64,000 nt of DNA from NCBI GenBank assembly GCA_020850355.1, contig JADZEX010000026.1, forward strand, positions 8,110 through 72,109. The letters are read 5' to 3'. The notes beneath the pieces are model-generated. The model worked only from the letters and a program-made list of their open reading frames with translations. It was not told where the DNA came from and ran no database searches. Origin of the DNA: Fimbriimonadaceae bacterium (GTDB lineage: Bacteria; Armatimonadota; UBA10988). The position numbers were made by a program, and so were the translations under genes. Below, in pieces: positions 1 to 10,102 of the stretch. Every line of letters starts with the position of its first letter. The stretch's first letter is position 1.

Positions 1-854
1 TGCAGTGCTGGCAGGGGCTGGGCTACTACCGCCGTGCCCGCGGTCTGCACGAACTGGCCCGCCAGGTCGTCGCGCAGCACGGCGGGCAGTTGCCGGACGA
101 CCCGGTGGCGCTGCGGGCGCTGCCGGGCGTCGGCGACTACACCGCCGGCGCGGTCGCCAGCCTGGCCTTCGGCCGCGCGGTGCCGGCCATCGACGGCAAT
201 GTCAACCGCGTCGTCAGCCGCTTGCTGGCGTTGCCGCAGGATCCGGCCAGCGGGCCCGGCCGGCGGGCCGTGCGCCAGGTGGTGTTGGCCCTCCTGCCGC
301 CCGCGGCGGCGGCCGACTTCAACCAGGCGCTGATGGAACTCGGCGCCACCGTCTGCTTGCCAGCCGCGCCGCGCTGCGGCGAGTGTCCGTGGCAGACCGC
401 CTGCCAGGCGGCGGCCAGCGGCGAACCGACCCGCTGGCCGCCGCGGCCCGAGCGGCGGCCGCCCCGCCAACGGCGGCACGTTTGCGCCGTGTTCCGCCGC
501 GGTCCGGCGTGGCTGCTGGCGCAGGCCCGGCCGGCGGCGCGGTGGGGTGGCCTGTGGGAGCTGCCGCGGGTTGAGCTGGAGCTGCCGGCCGATCCGATCG
601 CTGGACTGACCGCCGGCCTGCAAGCGAGTCTCGGGGTCGCGATCCTCGTCGGTCGGCGGCTGGCCAGCCTGCCGTACGCCATCAGCGGCGAGCGGATCGC
701 GCTGGAGGGCTGGGAAGCGGACCTCGTCACCGGGGAGCCGCAGCCGCTCGGCTACCAGGCGGTCTGCTGGACCGCCGACCCGGCCACGCTGCCCTGTTCG
801 ACGGCCCAGCGCCGGCTGCTGGCCGCCGTGACACTCACCAGCCGGCCCGGCTGA
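1..854 (+). CDS. mutY: A/G-specific adenine DNA glycosylase MutY, 5'-truncated at the window edge
   Basis: Frame 3 reads LGYYRRARGLHELA at the edge. HhH-GPD region, 4Cys Fe-S loop (CLPAAPRCGECPWQTAC), C-terminal NUDIX-like domain. Stop at 852-854. Confidence 0.85.
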   Translation, partial: QCWQGLGYYRRARGLHELARQVVAQHGGQLPDDPVALRALPGVGDYTAGAVASLAFGRAVPAIDGNVNRVVSRLLALPQDPASGPGRRAVRQVVLALLPPAAAADFNQALMELGATVCLPAAPRCGECPWQTACQAAASGEPTRWPPRPERRPPRQRRHVCAVFRRGPAWLLAQARPAARWGGLWELPRVELELPADPIAGLTAGLQASLGVAILVGRRLASLPYAISGERIALEGWEADLVTGEPQPLGYQAVCWTADPATLPCSTAQRRLLAAVTLTSRPG

Positions 855-860
855 AGCTGC

Positions 861-2777
861 CTACCAGCGCAGCGTCAGCGCGCCGGGCAACTCCCAGCGG
901 ACCGTCAGCAGGCGGGTCGTCGGATCCCAGGCGGCGCTGCCGCCGCGGCAACTCGGCGGGGCGGCGGTCACCGCCAGCAGCTCGGCCGGCCCGTGCAGGC
1001 GCTGGTCGAAGGTCAGGCGAAACTCCCCGCGGAGGAAGGTCACTGGCGGGCCGACGGTGGCCAGGAAGTCGGCGCAGAACAGCCGCCGGCCGCTGCGACG
1101 GTCCGCGCCGCAGTCGAGCAGGTTCGCCGTCGCCGGTGCGATCCGGCCGGCAGGCGCCACGCCCAGCGCGTCGACCAGCGTTGTCAGCTCCTGCTGCACC
1201 TGCTGGCAGAACGCGGCATTGGCGGTCGGGTGGGCCGCCTGCTGGTAGGCGATCACCTGCCCTGCACCCAGCGGCTGCACGGTCCGGCCGGTCGCTGGCG
1301 CGGTCAACATTCCGGCCAGCCGCGGCGTCGGCTGGAGCTGCCGGTCGGTCTCGACGGTCACCGCCAGGCAGCCCTCGCCAAAGGCCACCAGGGTGCCGCC
1401 GGCCAGCACCCACTGCCGGATGGCCTCGACCGCCGCGCGGGTGGTGACGGCCTGGCCGCTGTTCGGGATCACCAGCAGCCGGCGACCTGCCAGGGCACCG
1501 TCGGCGATCATCTGGTCGTCCAGCACGTCGGGATTGCCAAGCGCGCGGCCCCACGAGGGCTGGCTCGGGTCGGGCGACCAGTTGGTGTTGGTGGCGTCGT
1601 AAAGCCGCACTGCGTCCATGTTCTGACGGTCGGCACGGTACCAACTGCTGACATACGAATGGAAGACCGCCACCGCAGTCGGCCGGTAGGCTGTCTCGCG
1701 AGCGGCGAAGGCCGGTCCAAGTTGGCTCCAGATCCGGGTGAACCAGTGGTCAGGCTGGCAGAGCTCGCCGAGGTGGGGCAAGATCACGCTGCTGCTGCCA
1801 ACGCTCAGGGCGTTGATCAACGCATTGAGCTGAGCATACTCACTGAGGTGCGGTGGGCCGACCGGCTCGCACATCGGGGTCACGCCGTACTGCGCGCAGG
1901 CTGCCCCGGTGTAGCGCTGGCTGAACAGCGTCTGGGCGTCGGTGTCGTCCAGAATCACCGGCCGGTGTGCCGCCAGGCCGCGCACGGTTGGGCCGACGTT
2001 GCCGCTGAAGACGCCCTGGGCGTAGCCGGCCTTCATCCCGCCGAGGGTCATCACGAGGGGCCGGTCGGTCACTTCGCGGACGGCCGCGAAGGTGCGGTCG
2101 GTGACCTGCAGCAGCCAGCCGTGGTACCAGTGCTGGTAGTCTGACCAGACGGTCCGCCGGTCGAGCCCGTCGGGGCCGGGCTGCGGCCCGCGCGGCGGCT
2201 CGATGGCGTCCCAGGCCGGCACGACCCGCCCCCAGGCGGCGCTCAGTCGCTGCAGGTCGCCATACTGCTGCTGCAGCCAGCGCCGGAAGCTCTGCCGGGC
2301 TGGCCGGCTGGCCGTGAGGTAGCCGCCCTGATCGCTGACGGCGTAATGCGCCTCACCGTAGCGGCTAATCGGCGACGGCACCGAGATGGCGGCCACCCAG
2401 GGCTGGTTCGCCCGCTCGCGCAGCGCCTCGCGCAGCAGCGTCGCATAGCGGTCGATCACGCGCGGATCGAAGGTCGCCATGCGATAGCCTTCGTCGGCCA
2501 GGTGACCGTCCGCGTCCTGGTCGCAGTCGGCCTCGGTCAGCTCCAGCCCGGCATGCAGCCGGTCGGCCCCCGGGCGGGGCTCGAAGTGCATCGACAGACA
2601 ACCGGCGGCGGCGAGCGCGGCCTGCTCCGAGGCTGGCCGCCAGTTGAGCGCATAGCCGAGCTGCATCTGCTGGCGAATCGCAGCCGGCGGAATGGTGCCG
2701 TCATGGACGGCAATCACCCCGACGCGGGGCAGGGTGGGGGGGGCCACCAACGGTAGGAGCAGCGCGAGGAGGGGCAC
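861..2777 (-). CDS. Secreted glycoside hydrolase, GH42-like (beta-galactosidase-type trimerisation/GATase-like middle domain)
   Basis: N-terminal signal peptide MPLLALLLPLVAPP. Segment LLVIPNSGQAVTTRAAVEAIRQWVLAGGTLVAFGEG resembles the GH42 middle domain. Varied amino-acid composition, unlike the antisense ORFs. Confidence 0.45.
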   Translation of the reverse strand: MPLLALLLPLVAPPTLPRVGVIAVHDGTIPPAAIRQQMQLGYALNWRPASEQAALAAAGCLSMHFEPRPGADRLHAGLELTEADCDQDADGHLADEGYRMATFDPRVIDRYATLLREALRERANQPWVAAISVPSPISRYGEAHYAVSDQGGYLTASRPARQSFRRWLQQQYGDLQRLSAAWGRVVPAWDAIEPPRGPQPGPDGLDRRTVWSDYQHWYHGWLLQVTDRTFAAVREVTDRPLVMTLGGMKAGYAQGVFSGNVGPTVRGLAAHRPVILDDTDAQTLFSQRYTGAACAQYGVTPMCEPVGPPHLSEYAQLNALINALSVGSSSVILPHLGELCQPDHWFTRIWSQLGPAFAARETAYRPTAVAVFHSYVSSWYRADRQNMDAVRLYDATNTNWSPDPSQPSWGRALGNPDVLDDQMIADGALAGRRLLVIPNSGQAVTTRAAVEAIRQWVLAGGTLVAFGEGCLAVTVETDRQLQPTPRLAGMLTAPATGRTVQPLGAGQVIAYQQAAHPTANAAFCQQVQQELTTLVDALGVAPAGRIAPATANLLDCGADRRSGRRLFCADFLATVGPPVTFLRGEFRLTFDQRLHGPAELLAVTAAPPSCRGGSAAWDPTTRLLTVRWELPGALTLRW

Positions 2778-2827
2778 CAGCGGTCTCCGCAGCGCAGTTC
2801 ACCGCCCGCCGGCCGCCGCCTGCCAGT

Positions 2828-3664
2828 TTACGGCGTGAGCGGCGGTGGTGGCCCGAGCAGCTTGAGACCTTGCGGCGGCCAGAAGACGCACATCGCCTTG
2901 CCGACCACCTGATCCGCCGCCAGGAACGGCTCGTCGCGGTCTTCGCCGTCGACGAAGCGGTGCCAGAGCCGCGAGTCCTTGCTGTTGTTGCGGTTGTCGC
3001 CGAGCACGAAGTAGTGTCCCGGCGGCACCACCTGCGGGCCCCAGTCGGCGGCCGAACTCATCGCCATCCAGCCGCTGGCATCGGTCGCGGAGGGGTCCAG
3101 GTAGGGCTCGTTGAGCGGCTGGTCGTTGATGTAGGCGCGGTTCCCGCGGACCTCGACTTTGTCGCCCGGCAGCCCGATCAGCCGCTTGATGTAGTCGTCC
3201 TTGCGCTCGGGGTTGTCCAACGCGGCGGGCGGGGCGTGGAAGACGATGATGTCCTGCCGCTCCGGGGGCCGCAGGTGGTAGAGGTACCGGTTGACCAGCA
3301 CGCGGTCCTTGCGTTGGGCGTTGCCCATCAGCGTCGGCTGCATCGACTGGCTGGGAATGAAAAACGCCTGCACCAGGAAGGGCCGGATCACGAAGAACAC
3401 GATGCCCAGCGCGAGCAGCGTGCCGTTCATGTTGAGCAGCGTCAGGCTGTACAGCTCGCTCCACTGCTCCTGATGCGCCGGGCCGGTCTGCCGGCGGGCC
3501 AGCAGATGCCGCGCCTCGGGATGCCAGAACCAGAGGATCAGCCGCGCGGCCAAACCTTGGGGCTGGACGCAGGCCAGCGCGATCCGCATCAGCACCAGCA
3601 CGGCAACCAGCCCGCCAACCAGCCAGGTGGAGTTCTCGGTAAACAGCCTGTCCATCCGCCTCAC
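2828..3664 (-). CDS. lepB: Signal peptidase I
   Basis: Catalytic Ser box IPSQSMQPTL, Lys box KRLIGLPGD, box E GDNRNNSKDSR. N-terminal TM segment. Lies directly downstream of rplS. Confidence 0.85.
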   Translation of the reverse strand: MRRMDRLFTENSTWLVGGLVAVLVLMRIALACVQPQGLAARLILWFWHPEARHLLARRQTGPAHQEQWSELYSLTLLNMNGTLLALGIVFFVIRPFLVQAFFIPSQSMQPTLMGNAQRKDRVLVNRYLYHLRPPERQDIIVFHAPPAALDNPERKDDYIKRLIGLPGDKVEVRGNRAYINDQPLNEPYLDPSATDASGWMAMSSAADWGPQVVPPGHYFVLGDNRNNSKDSRLWHRFVDGEDRDEPFLAADQVVGKAMCVFWPPQGLKLLGPPPPLTP

Positions 3665-3701
3665 CTGACCTTGCAGACGCGCCGTCGCCGGAGCTCGTCA
3701 A

Positions 3702-3739
3702 CGCCGGCCGGGCGACTCGTTCCCGCGGCCCGGCCGGCG
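3702..3739 (-). terminator. Stem-loop between rplS and lepB (12-bp GC stem cgccggccgggc/gcccggccggcg, 14-nt loop). Candidate partial terminator or attenuator.
   Basis: Perfect inverted repeat read directly. It sits 11 nt after the rplS stop and 38 nt before the lepB start. No U-tract, as expected at high GC. Confidence 0.3.
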
Positions 3740-3749
3740 TCGGTCGGCC

Positions 3750-4121
3750 CTAGCTGTCGCGACCGGCTTCTTTGATGCGGGTGGCCTTGCCGACCTTGCC
3801 CCGCAGGTAGTAGAGCCGCGCCCGGCGGACCTTGCCGCGGCGCACCACTTCCATCTTCTTGATCTTCGGCGAGAGCAGCGCGAAGGTCCGCTCGACGCCG
3901 ACGCCAGCCGCCACGCGGCGCAGCGTGAAGCTCTCGCCCTGCCCGCCGCCAGCGCGCCGGATGCAGACGCCCTGGAACGGCTGCTGGCGAGTCTTGTTGC
4001 CTTCCGTGACCTCAATCTCGATCCGCAGCGTATCGCCGATGCCGAACGACGGGATGGCCGTCGGGTCGAGCCCCAGCTCGGCGCGGTTGCGCTCCTCGAC
4101 CAGCTTCACCAGATCTGCCAT
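3750..4121 (-). CDS. rplS: 50S ribosomal protein L19
   Basis: [38 protein letters not shown]...[13 protein letters not shown] is a canonical L19. ATG at 4121 with a GAGGTGA SD. The ORF-track 5' extension is rejected. Confidence 0.9.
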   Translation of the reverse strand: MADLVKLVEERNRAELGLDPTAIPSFGIGDTLRIEIEVTEGNKTRQQPFQGVCIRRAGGGQGESFTLRRVAAGVGVERTFALLSPKIKKMEVVRRGKVRRARLYYLRGKVGKATRIKEAGRDS

Positions 4122-4135
4122 GGTCTCACCTCGCT

Positions 4136-4861
4136 TCAAATCACCCGCGCCAGCAGCCGCCGATCTTCGGCCGTGAGCTGCCACCGCGCCACCAAATCCG
4201 GACGCCGGTCCAAGGTCCGACGCAACTGCTCCATCCGCCGCCACAGCCGCACCCGCTCGTGGTGCCCGCTGAGCAGCTCGCCCGGCACCGCGGCCCCGGC
4301 GTACTCTGCCGGCCGCGTGTACTGCGGGTACTCCAGCAACGGTTCACTGAACGACTCATCGGCCGCCGAGGCGGCATCGCCCAAGACCCCCGGCACCAGC
4401 CGCGCCACCGCCTCGACCACCGCCATCGCCGCGACTTCACCGCCCGTCAGCACAAAGTCGCCCAGCGAGAGCTCCCGCGTCACCACCAACTCCCGCACCC
4501 GCTCGTCGACCCCTTCGTAACGCCCGCACAGCAGCACCAGCCACGGCTGCGCCGCCAGCTCGTGCGCCACCGCCTGCGTGAACGGCTGCCCCTGCGGGCA
4601 GAGCAGCAGCACCTCGGGCTGCCCCGCCCCGCTGGCGCTGACCGCGGCCACCGCTCGGCACAGCGGCTCGGCCTTCAGCACCATCCCGGCGCCGCCCCCG
4701 AAAGGGTAGTCGTCCAAGGTGCGGTGCCGGTCAGTGGCCCAGTCCCGCAGATCGTGCACCCGGATGTCGATCGCCCCGGCGGCCTGCCCCCGGGCCAGGA
4801 TGCTGGCGTTGCGCCAGCTCTCGAAGACCGCGGGGATCGTCGACAGCAGGTCAAACCTCAT
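4136..4861 (-). CDS. trmD: tRNA (guanine37-N1)-methyltransferase
   Basis: [16 protein letters not shown]...YEGVDERV...[12 protein letters not shown] is the TrmD SPOUT fold. The start overlaps the rimM stop (ATGA). The long Arg-rich N-terminal extension in the ORF track is rejected. Confidence 0.9.
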   Translation of the reverse strand: MRFDLLSTIPAVFESWRNASILARGQAAGAIDIRVHDLRDWATDRHRTLDDYPFGGGAGMVLKAEPLCRAVAAVSASGAGQPEVLLLCPQGQPFTQAVAHELAAQPWLVLLCGRYEGVDERVRELVVTRELSLGDFVLTGGEVAAMAVVEAVARLVPGVLGDAASAADESFSEPLLEYPQYTRPAEYAGAAVPGELLSGHHERVRLWRRMEQLRRTLDRRPDLVARWQLTAEDRRLLARVI

Positions 4862-5361
4862 GGATCCAGCAGCCCCGGCAGCGGGTTGATGATCATCTGG
4901 CGGGCTGCCAGATCGACCCGCTCGACGACGTCCACAATGGCCGGAATCAGCGGCCCTTCGGTGACGTAGACGTCGTTGCTGCCGGTCACCAGGATCTCGC
5001 GGATGGTGCCCACCACGGCGCCCTCGCGGGTGACCACCTGCAAGCCAATCAACTGGTGCCAGTAATACTCGCCCTCCGGTAGGGCGGGCAACTCCTCCTC
5101 GGTCGTGACCACCTCGGACCCCCGCAGCGCGGCCGCGGCGGACCGGTCGTCGATGCCGCGGAACCGGGCCAGCAGGTGGCCGTGGTGTTCGCGCACCGCG
5201 GCCACGGTCAACTCGCTGAGCGTGCCGTCGACCGCCCGCAGGCGCCACTTCCGGCTGGCGATCAGGCGCTCCGGGAAGTCGGTCCGCAAGACCACCTTGA
5301 CCTCACCGCGGATCCCGTGCGCGGCGACAATCTCGGCGCGCACGACAAACGGATCGGTCAC
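4858..5361 (-). CDS. rimM: 16S rRNA processing protein RimM
   Basis: [23 protein letters not shown]... PRC-barrel C-terminus. GTG start overlaps the KH-protein stop (GTGA). The 373-aa ORF-track version is an artefactual extension. Confidence 0.8.
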   Translation of the reverse strand: MTDPFVVRAEIVAAHGIRGEVKVVLRTDFPERLIASRKWRLRAVDGTLSELTVAAVREHHGHLLARFRGIDDRSAAAALRGSEVVTTEEELPALPEGEYYWHQLIGLQVVTREGAVVGTIREILVTGSNDVYVTEGPLIPAIVDVVERVDLAARQMIINPLPGLLDP

Positions 5362-5606
5362 GTCACGATTTCCACGGCGATATGCTGCTCGCCGTGCGTC
5401 GCGGCGGCCTTGGCGACCGTTCGAATCGCGTTGGCGATGCGGCCTTGCTTGCCGATCACCTTGCCGCGATCGCGGTCGGCCACGGCAATCTCGTAGACGG
5501 TCAGCCGCCGGCCCGGGACCTCGACGATCTTGACGGCCTCGGGCTCGTCGACCAGCCCGCGCACGATGAAGTCCAAGAGCTCGGCCATCTGCGGTTCCGG
5601 GGCCAT
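5358..5606 (-). CDS. KH-domain RNA-binding protein (YlqC/UPF0109 family)
   Basis: IVRGLVDEPEAVKIVE...VIGKQGRIANAIRTV is a GXXG KH motif. Conserved position between rpsP and rimM. Confidence 0.75.
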   Translation of the reverse strand: MAPEPQMAELLDFIVRGLVDEPEAVKIVEVPGRRLTVYEIAVADRDRGKVIGKQGRIANAIRTVAKAAATHGEQHIAVEIVT

Positions 5607-5624
5607 GCGATGCTCCCTCGGCAG

Positions 5625-5966
5625 CTACTCGGCGGCCGCCCCGGCAACCGGCCGCCGCATCGCCACCAGCCGCTCGCTGACGTCGATGCCGTGCTTCTGG
5701 TCGTGCCACAGCTCCAGGATGCGAGCCTTGCGCAGCAGCGCGCGGGCCGTCTCGGTCGGCTCGGCGCCGACGCCCAACCACTGCAGCGCCTTGTCGGGAT
5801 CGATGTAGAGCTCGAAGTCGCCCTGCGCATCGTGCCGCCGCGGGTTGTAGTGCCCAATCACCTCCAGGAAGCGCCCATCGCGCGGGGAGCGCGAGTTGCA
5901 GACCACCAGGCGATACGTCGGCGCATGCTTCGCGCCCTGCCGTCGCAAGCGGATCTTGACCGCCAT
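5625..5966 (-). CDS. rpsP: 30S ribosomal protein S16
   Basis: [42 protein letters not shown] is a canonical S16. 2-nt gap after ffh. Confidence 0.9.
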   Translation of the reverse strand: MAVKIRLRRQGAKHAPTYRLVVCNSRSPRDGRFLEVIGHYNPRRHDAQGDFELYIDPDKALQWLGVGAEPTETARALLRKARILELWHDQKHGIDVSERLVAMRRPVAGAAAE

Positions 5967-5968
5967 AC

Positions 5969-7312
5969 CTACCTCCCAAACATCCGTGACAAGTGCCGCC
6001 GCCCGCGCGACGTCTTCTCCAGGTCGGCCATCTGGCCGAACATCGTCTTCATCTGCTGGTACTGCCGCAGCAGATCGTTGACCTCGCGCGTCGAGGTGCC
6101 GCTGCCCAGGGCAATCCGGCGCCGGCGACTGTTCTTGATGATGTCCGGCCGCCGCCGCTCATCCTTGGTCATCGAGTTGATGATCGCCTCGAGCCGCGCC
6201 AGCCGGCTGGGGTCGACGACCATCTGACCCGACGCCAGGGCCTGATTGACGCCCGGCACCATCGCCAGCAGTTGGTCCAAGGAGCCCAGCTTGGTGACCT
6301 GCCGCAACTGGCTGCGGAAGTCGTCCAGATCGAACGTCTTGGCGCGGAGTTTCTGCTCCAGCTCCTTGGCGGTCTGGGCGTCCATCGCCGCCTCGGCGCG
6401 CTCGATCACCGTCAGCATATCACCCTGGCCGAGAATCCGGCCAGCGATCCGGTCGGGATGGTACTCCTCGAGGTCCTCGAGCTTCTCACCGATCCCCAGG
6501 AAGCGGATCGGCTTGCCGGTCACCGCCCGGATGCTCAGCGCCGCGCCGCCGCGGGCGTCGCTGTCCATTTTGCTAAGCACGTAGCCATCGACCGGCACCG
6601 CCGCTTCGAACTGGCCGGCGACGTTGACGGCGTCCTGGCCGGTCATCGCGTCGAGCACCAGCCAGGTCTCGGTCGGCTGCACCCCGCTGTGCAACGTGAC
6701 CAGTTCCTGCATCAGCGCGGCATCGATGTGCAGCCGGCCGGCGGTGTCGATGATCACCAGATCGCGCCGCTCGGCGCGCGCGTGCTGCAACGCGGCGCGG
6801 GCGATATGGACCGGTTCCTGGCGGTCGCCCATCTGAAAGACGGGCTGCCCGATCCGCTCGCCGAGGGTCTGCAACTGCGCAATCGCGGCCGGGCGGTGGA
6901 CGTCGGTCGCCACCAGCAACGGCTTCCGTCCACGCTTCGCGAAGTAGCTCGCCAACTTCGCCGCATGGGTCGTCTTACCGGCCCCGTTGAGGCCGCACAG
7001 CAGCAGCACCGGCAGCTCGCCCTGCAGGCGCCAGGGCTCGGCCTGCTCCCCAGCCAGCAGCCGCAGCAGCTCCTGGTGGACAATCTTAAGCATCTGCTGA
7101 GCGGGCGTCAGGCTGATGTGAATCTGCTCGCCGACGGCGCGCTGCTTGACCGCGGCGAGAAAGTCCTTGACGACGGTGAAGTTGACATCGGCTTCGAGCA
7201 GCACCAACCGGATTTGGCGTAGCGACTGCTGGACGTCCTCGTCGGAGAGGACGCCCTTCTTCTTAAGGCGGTCGAAGACGCCTAGCAGCCGTTCGGTCAG
7301 TCCCTCGAACAT
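5969..7312 (-). CDS. ffh: Signal recognition particle protein Ffh
   Basis: [10 protein letters not shown]-domain, [10 protein letters not shown]-loop, DTAGR, and a C-terminal M-domain rich in Met/Arg. ATG at 7312 with a GGAG SD. The upstream 35-codon extension is rejected. Confidence 0.9.
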   Translation of the reverse strand: MFEGLTERLLGVFDRLKKKGVLSDEDVQQSLRQIRLVLLEADVNFTVVKDFLAAVKQRAVGEQIHISLTPAQQMLKIVHQELLRLLAGEQAEPWRLQGELPVLLLCGLNGAGKTTHAAKLASYFAKRGRKPLLVATDVHRPAAIAQLQTLGERIGQPVFQMGDRQEPVHIARAALQHARAERRDLVIIDTAGRLHIDAALMQELVTLHSGVQPTETWLVLDAMTGQDAVNVAGQFEAAVPVDGYVLSKMDSDARGGAALSIRAVTGKPIRFLGIGEKLEDLEEYHPDRIAGRILGQGDMLTVIERAEAAMDAQTAKELEQKLRAKTFDLDDFRSQLRQVTKLGSLDQLLAMVPGVNQALASGQMVVDPSRLARLEAIINSMTKDERRRPDIIKNSRRRRIALGSGTSTREVNDLLRQYQQMKTMFGQMADLEKTSRGRRHLSRMFGR

Positions 7313-7373
7313 ACCAACTCCGCGCCGCAAAGCCGTAGGGGGAGCCGTCGCGGGGCGCACACAGCAAGGTGTA

Positions 7374-7402
7374 AGGGTACCGCAGGCCGGCCCTCCTGTC
7401 AA
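7374..7402 (-). promoter_or_regulatory. Candidate sigma70-type promoter for the ffh-rpsP-rimM-trmD-rplS-lepB operon
   Basis: Minus strand TTGACA (7402-7397), 17-nt spacer, TACCCT (7379-7374). About 55-nt leader to the ffh ATG. Confidence 0.3.
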
Positions 7403-7463
7403 TCCGACCGACTGCACCGCGGACGCTTCACAACCGTGGCCGGGGCGGGGAGTCTAAGCCCCC

Positions 7464-8999
7464 GTGGAGGCCTTTCTGGCGGCACAGCGGTTGATCTTCC
7501 TGGCGCTGCTCGGCTGGTTCGTCAGCCGCGTCGTCGTAGTGCGGCGTCCGGCCGGGGCGCCGCCGGTGCCGCGGTCGCTGCGCTGGCTCCGCAGCGCGGT
7601 CGTTGGGGGCTTCCTGGCGACCTTCCTGTGGCAGGCCTGGTGGACCTTCGAACGGGCCCACAGCGCACCCTATCGCGCCGCCGAGCGGTACGACTCGCGG
7701 ACCTGGCGATTGCGTGATCCCAGCGACCGGCGAGCCGTCGTCGACCGCTGGGGGCGGCCGCTGATCCGCACCGTGCGGTTTGGCGGGCAGGCCGTGCGGC
7801 GCTACGAGCTGGGCCCGGCCGCGGCGCATGTCAGTGGCTACTTCCACCGGCTCTACGGCCGCGCCGGCCTCGAGGAGGCTTGCGATGACCGCCTGGCGAC
7901 CTGGCGCCAACCGGCCTGGGAGCAGCTCAGCGAAGCTGCCCAGCAGGCGGCCAACCCGCAGCCCTTGCCGCTGGCGCTGACCATCGACCGGGCGCTGCAG
8001 CAGGCCGCGGCCACGGCGTTGGGCAGCCGGCGCGGCGCGGTGGTGGTGCTCAATCCGGCCGCCGGCGATCTGCTGGCGCTGGTCAGCAGCCCGTGCTACG
8101 ACCCTAACCTGGTCGACGCGGCGCGCTACCGGCAGTGGCAGGCCGACCCCGACCGACCGCTGCTGAACCGCGCGCTGGCCGGGCTCTACCCGCCCGGATC
8201 GACCTTCAAGCCGGTCGTGGCGGCCGCGGCGCTGGCCACGACCTGGGACCCGGCGACGCGCTACGAGAGCGGCCCGGCCGGCTACCTGCCGCCCTTCGAG
8301 AGGCAACGGATTCGCGACCACGAGGCCGGCGAGCGCGCCGGCTGGCGCGGCCATGGGCCGCTCGACCTGCGGCAGGCGATGGCCTGCTCTGCCAACACCT
8401 GGTTTGCCGCCCTGGGCGTGGCGCTGGGCCCCGCGCCGATCGTGCGGACGGCCCAGGCGCTGGGCTGGCAGGAGCGCTGGCGCCTGGCCGGGCGGGCCGA
8501 TCTGGTGGCGCTGCCCGGCCGGCTGCCGTCCGACCGCTTGCGGCCGGGCGACACGGCGCGGCTGGCGATTGGGCAGCACGAGCTGCTGATCACCCCGCTG
8601 GGTCTGGCGCAGGTCGCGGCGACGCTGGCCAACTACGGCCGCCAGGTGCCGCCGCGACTGCTGCTCGACCAGCCGGTCCCGGCGCCGCGGCAGGTGCTCG
8701 AGGCGGGCCTGGCGACGCGCCTGAACAGCTTGCTGCAGGCCCCGGTGGCCGACCGCGGCGGCACCGCCCGGGGGCTGCGGCTGCCCGGGGTGGCAGTCGC
8801 CGGCAAGACCGGCAGTGCGCAGAACCCGCACGGCCGGGCCCACGCCTGGGTGCTGGCCTACGCCCCGGCCGAGCGGGCGACGGTGGTGGTGGTGGTGCTG
8901 GTCGAGCAGGGCGGCAGCGGCAGCGCGGCGGCCGTGCCGGTGGCGCGCGCCGTGTTGCTGGCGGCGCGGCAGGCTGGCTATCTGGAGGCGGCGCGATGA
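7464..8999 (+). CDS. mrdA: Penicillin-binding protein 2 (class B transpeptidase, elongasome)
   Basis: N-terminal TM helix, SxxK (STFKP), SxN (SANT) and KTG (KTGSAQ) motifs. Gene order with the downstream SEDS protein. Confidence 0.8.
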   Translation: MEAFLAAQRLIFLALLGWFVSRVVVVRRPAGAPPVPRSLRWLRSAVVGGFLATFLWQAWWTFERAHSAPYRAAERYDSRTWRLRDPSDRRAVVDRWGRPLIRTVRFGGQAVRRYELGPAAAHVSGYFHRLYGRAGLEEACDDRLATWRQPAWEQLSEAAQQAANPQPLPLALTIDRALQQAAATALGSRRGAVVVLNPAAGDLLALVSSPCYDPNLVDAARYRQWQADPDRPLLNRALAGLYPPGSTFKPVVAAAALATTWDPATRYESGPAGYLPPFERQRIRDHEAGERAGWRGHGPLDLRQAMACSANTWFAALGVALGPAPIVRTAQALGWQERWRLAGRADLVALPGRLPSDRLRPGDTARLAIGQHELLITPLGLAQVAATLANYGRQVPPRLLLDQPVPAPRQVLEAGLATRLNSLLQAPVADRGGTARGLRLPGVAVAGKTGSAQNPHGRAHAWVLAYAPAERATVVVVVLVEQGGSGSAAAVPVARAVLLAARQAGYLEAAR

Positions 9000-10102
9000 C
9001 CGTCGGCGATGTCTACCGCTATCTGGTGAGCACCGAGGCGACCCACGGCGGTGTGCTGCCGGCGCCGAACTACGATGCCCTGGCGGCGGTCGCGGCGCAC
9101 TGGGCCGAGTGCTGGCCCGAGTTTCTGGCGACTGGTGGCGGCAGCGGCGTGGTGCGGGCGGTGGTCGGCGGGATCCGCGACCCGGCGGCGCACGCCATGT
9201 TGACCGCCTTCGTGCGGCAGCGCGATCAGGACTTGCTGTTGCGCTGTGCGGCACTGGTGGCGGTCGCGCGGACCGCCGAGCCGGGCAGCGAAGACCTCTT
9301 GCTGGAACTGCTCGAAAGCGACCCGGCGTTGCGTGGCGACGCCGCGCGGGAGCTCGCCCGCAGCGGCAGCCCCTGGGCGCGGCTGGCGTTGGCGACCGAG
9401 TTGCAGGCCGGCGGGGAGTGGAACTGTGGGCTGGCCGTGGCGCTGGCCCGGCGGGGCGATCGCGCGGCGGTGACGCTGCTCCTGGAGTTGGCGACCGCGG
9501 GCCACGCGCCGGCGATCGGCGCCCTCGGCGACCTGGCGGTGCCGGCCGCCGTGGCGGTGTTGTTGCCGTGGCTGACCGACGGGGAGCCGCTGCTGCGCGA
9601 GACGGCGGTCGCCGCGCTCGGCCAGATTGGTGATCCGCGCGCCGTGCCGCACCTGCTGGGCAGCCTCGACGACGCGGACAGCGAGGTGGTCAGCAGTGTT
9701 TGTGAGGCGGTCGAGGCGATCGCCGGGCAGCGTCCGCCGCGGTCGCCCGGCGGCAATCCCGTGCAGGCCCTGCGGAGCTGGTGGCACGAGGCCCGGCGGC
9801 CGCTGATCCGCTGGCGCTGTTTCCGCGATGGCCGGAAGCGCAGCCTGGGCGACGGGATCGACGAGCTGGCGGCCAGTTGGCGGGCGGTGCTGCGGCCCGA
9901 CCGGACCGATCGGCTGGCGGCGCGGCTGCAGCTTCAGAGCGGCGCCGATTTCGGGTTCGACGCCTGGGATCTCGACGCGACGGCCAACCGGGCGGCGCTG
10001 CGGCAGTGGGCGCGCTGGTGGGAGGACAACGCCGCGCGGTTCCCCGCCGGCTACTGGTACTGGCAGGGCGAGCCGCTGCTGGAGCCGACGCGATGGGAGT
10101 GA
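8996..10102 (+). CDS. HEAT/PBS-lyase-like repeat protein inserted between mrdA and rodA
   Basis: Repeated LLxLL...DxxVRxxAxxALGxIGD helical-repeat units. ATGA overlap with the PBP2 stop and ATGGGAGTGA overlap with the rodA start. Confidence 0.7.
   Translation: MTVGDVYRYLVSTEATHGGVLPAPNYDALAAVAAHWAECWPEFLATGGGSGVVRAVVGGIRDPAAHAMLTAFVRQRDQDLLLRCAALVAVARTAEPGSEDLLLELLESDPALRGDAARELARSGSPWARLALATELQAGGEWNCGLAVALARRGDRAAVTLLLELATAGHAPAIGALGDLAVPAAVAVLLPWLTDGEPLLRETAVAALGQIGDPRAVPHLLGSLDDADSEVVSSVCEAVEAIAGQRPPRSPGGNPVQALRSWWHEARRPLIRWRCFRDGRKRSLGDGIDELAASWRAVLRPDRTDRLAARLQLQSGADFGFDAWDLDATANRAALRQWARWWEDNAARFPAGYWYWQGEPLLEPTRWE

Noticed and set aside
4862-5248. 129-codon N-terminal extension of trmD and 200-codon extension of rimM (4858-5979)
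   Set aside because: Homology starts at MRFDLL and VTDPFVV respectively. The extensions are Arg-rich and overlap rimM, the KH gene and rpsP.
7313-7463. Possible SRP RNA (ffs) or tRNA in the ffh-PBP2 intergenic region
   Set aside because: No GGAAGCAGCCAAGG domain-IV motif and no tRNA cloverleaf or T-loop GTTCGAATC. The region is better explained by a minus-strand TTGACA-17-TACCCT promoter.
7428-9254. 608-aa minus-strand ORF opposite PBP2
   Set aside because: Low-complexity Arg/Pro-rich, no motifs. PBP2 on the plus strand has SxxK/SxN/KTG.
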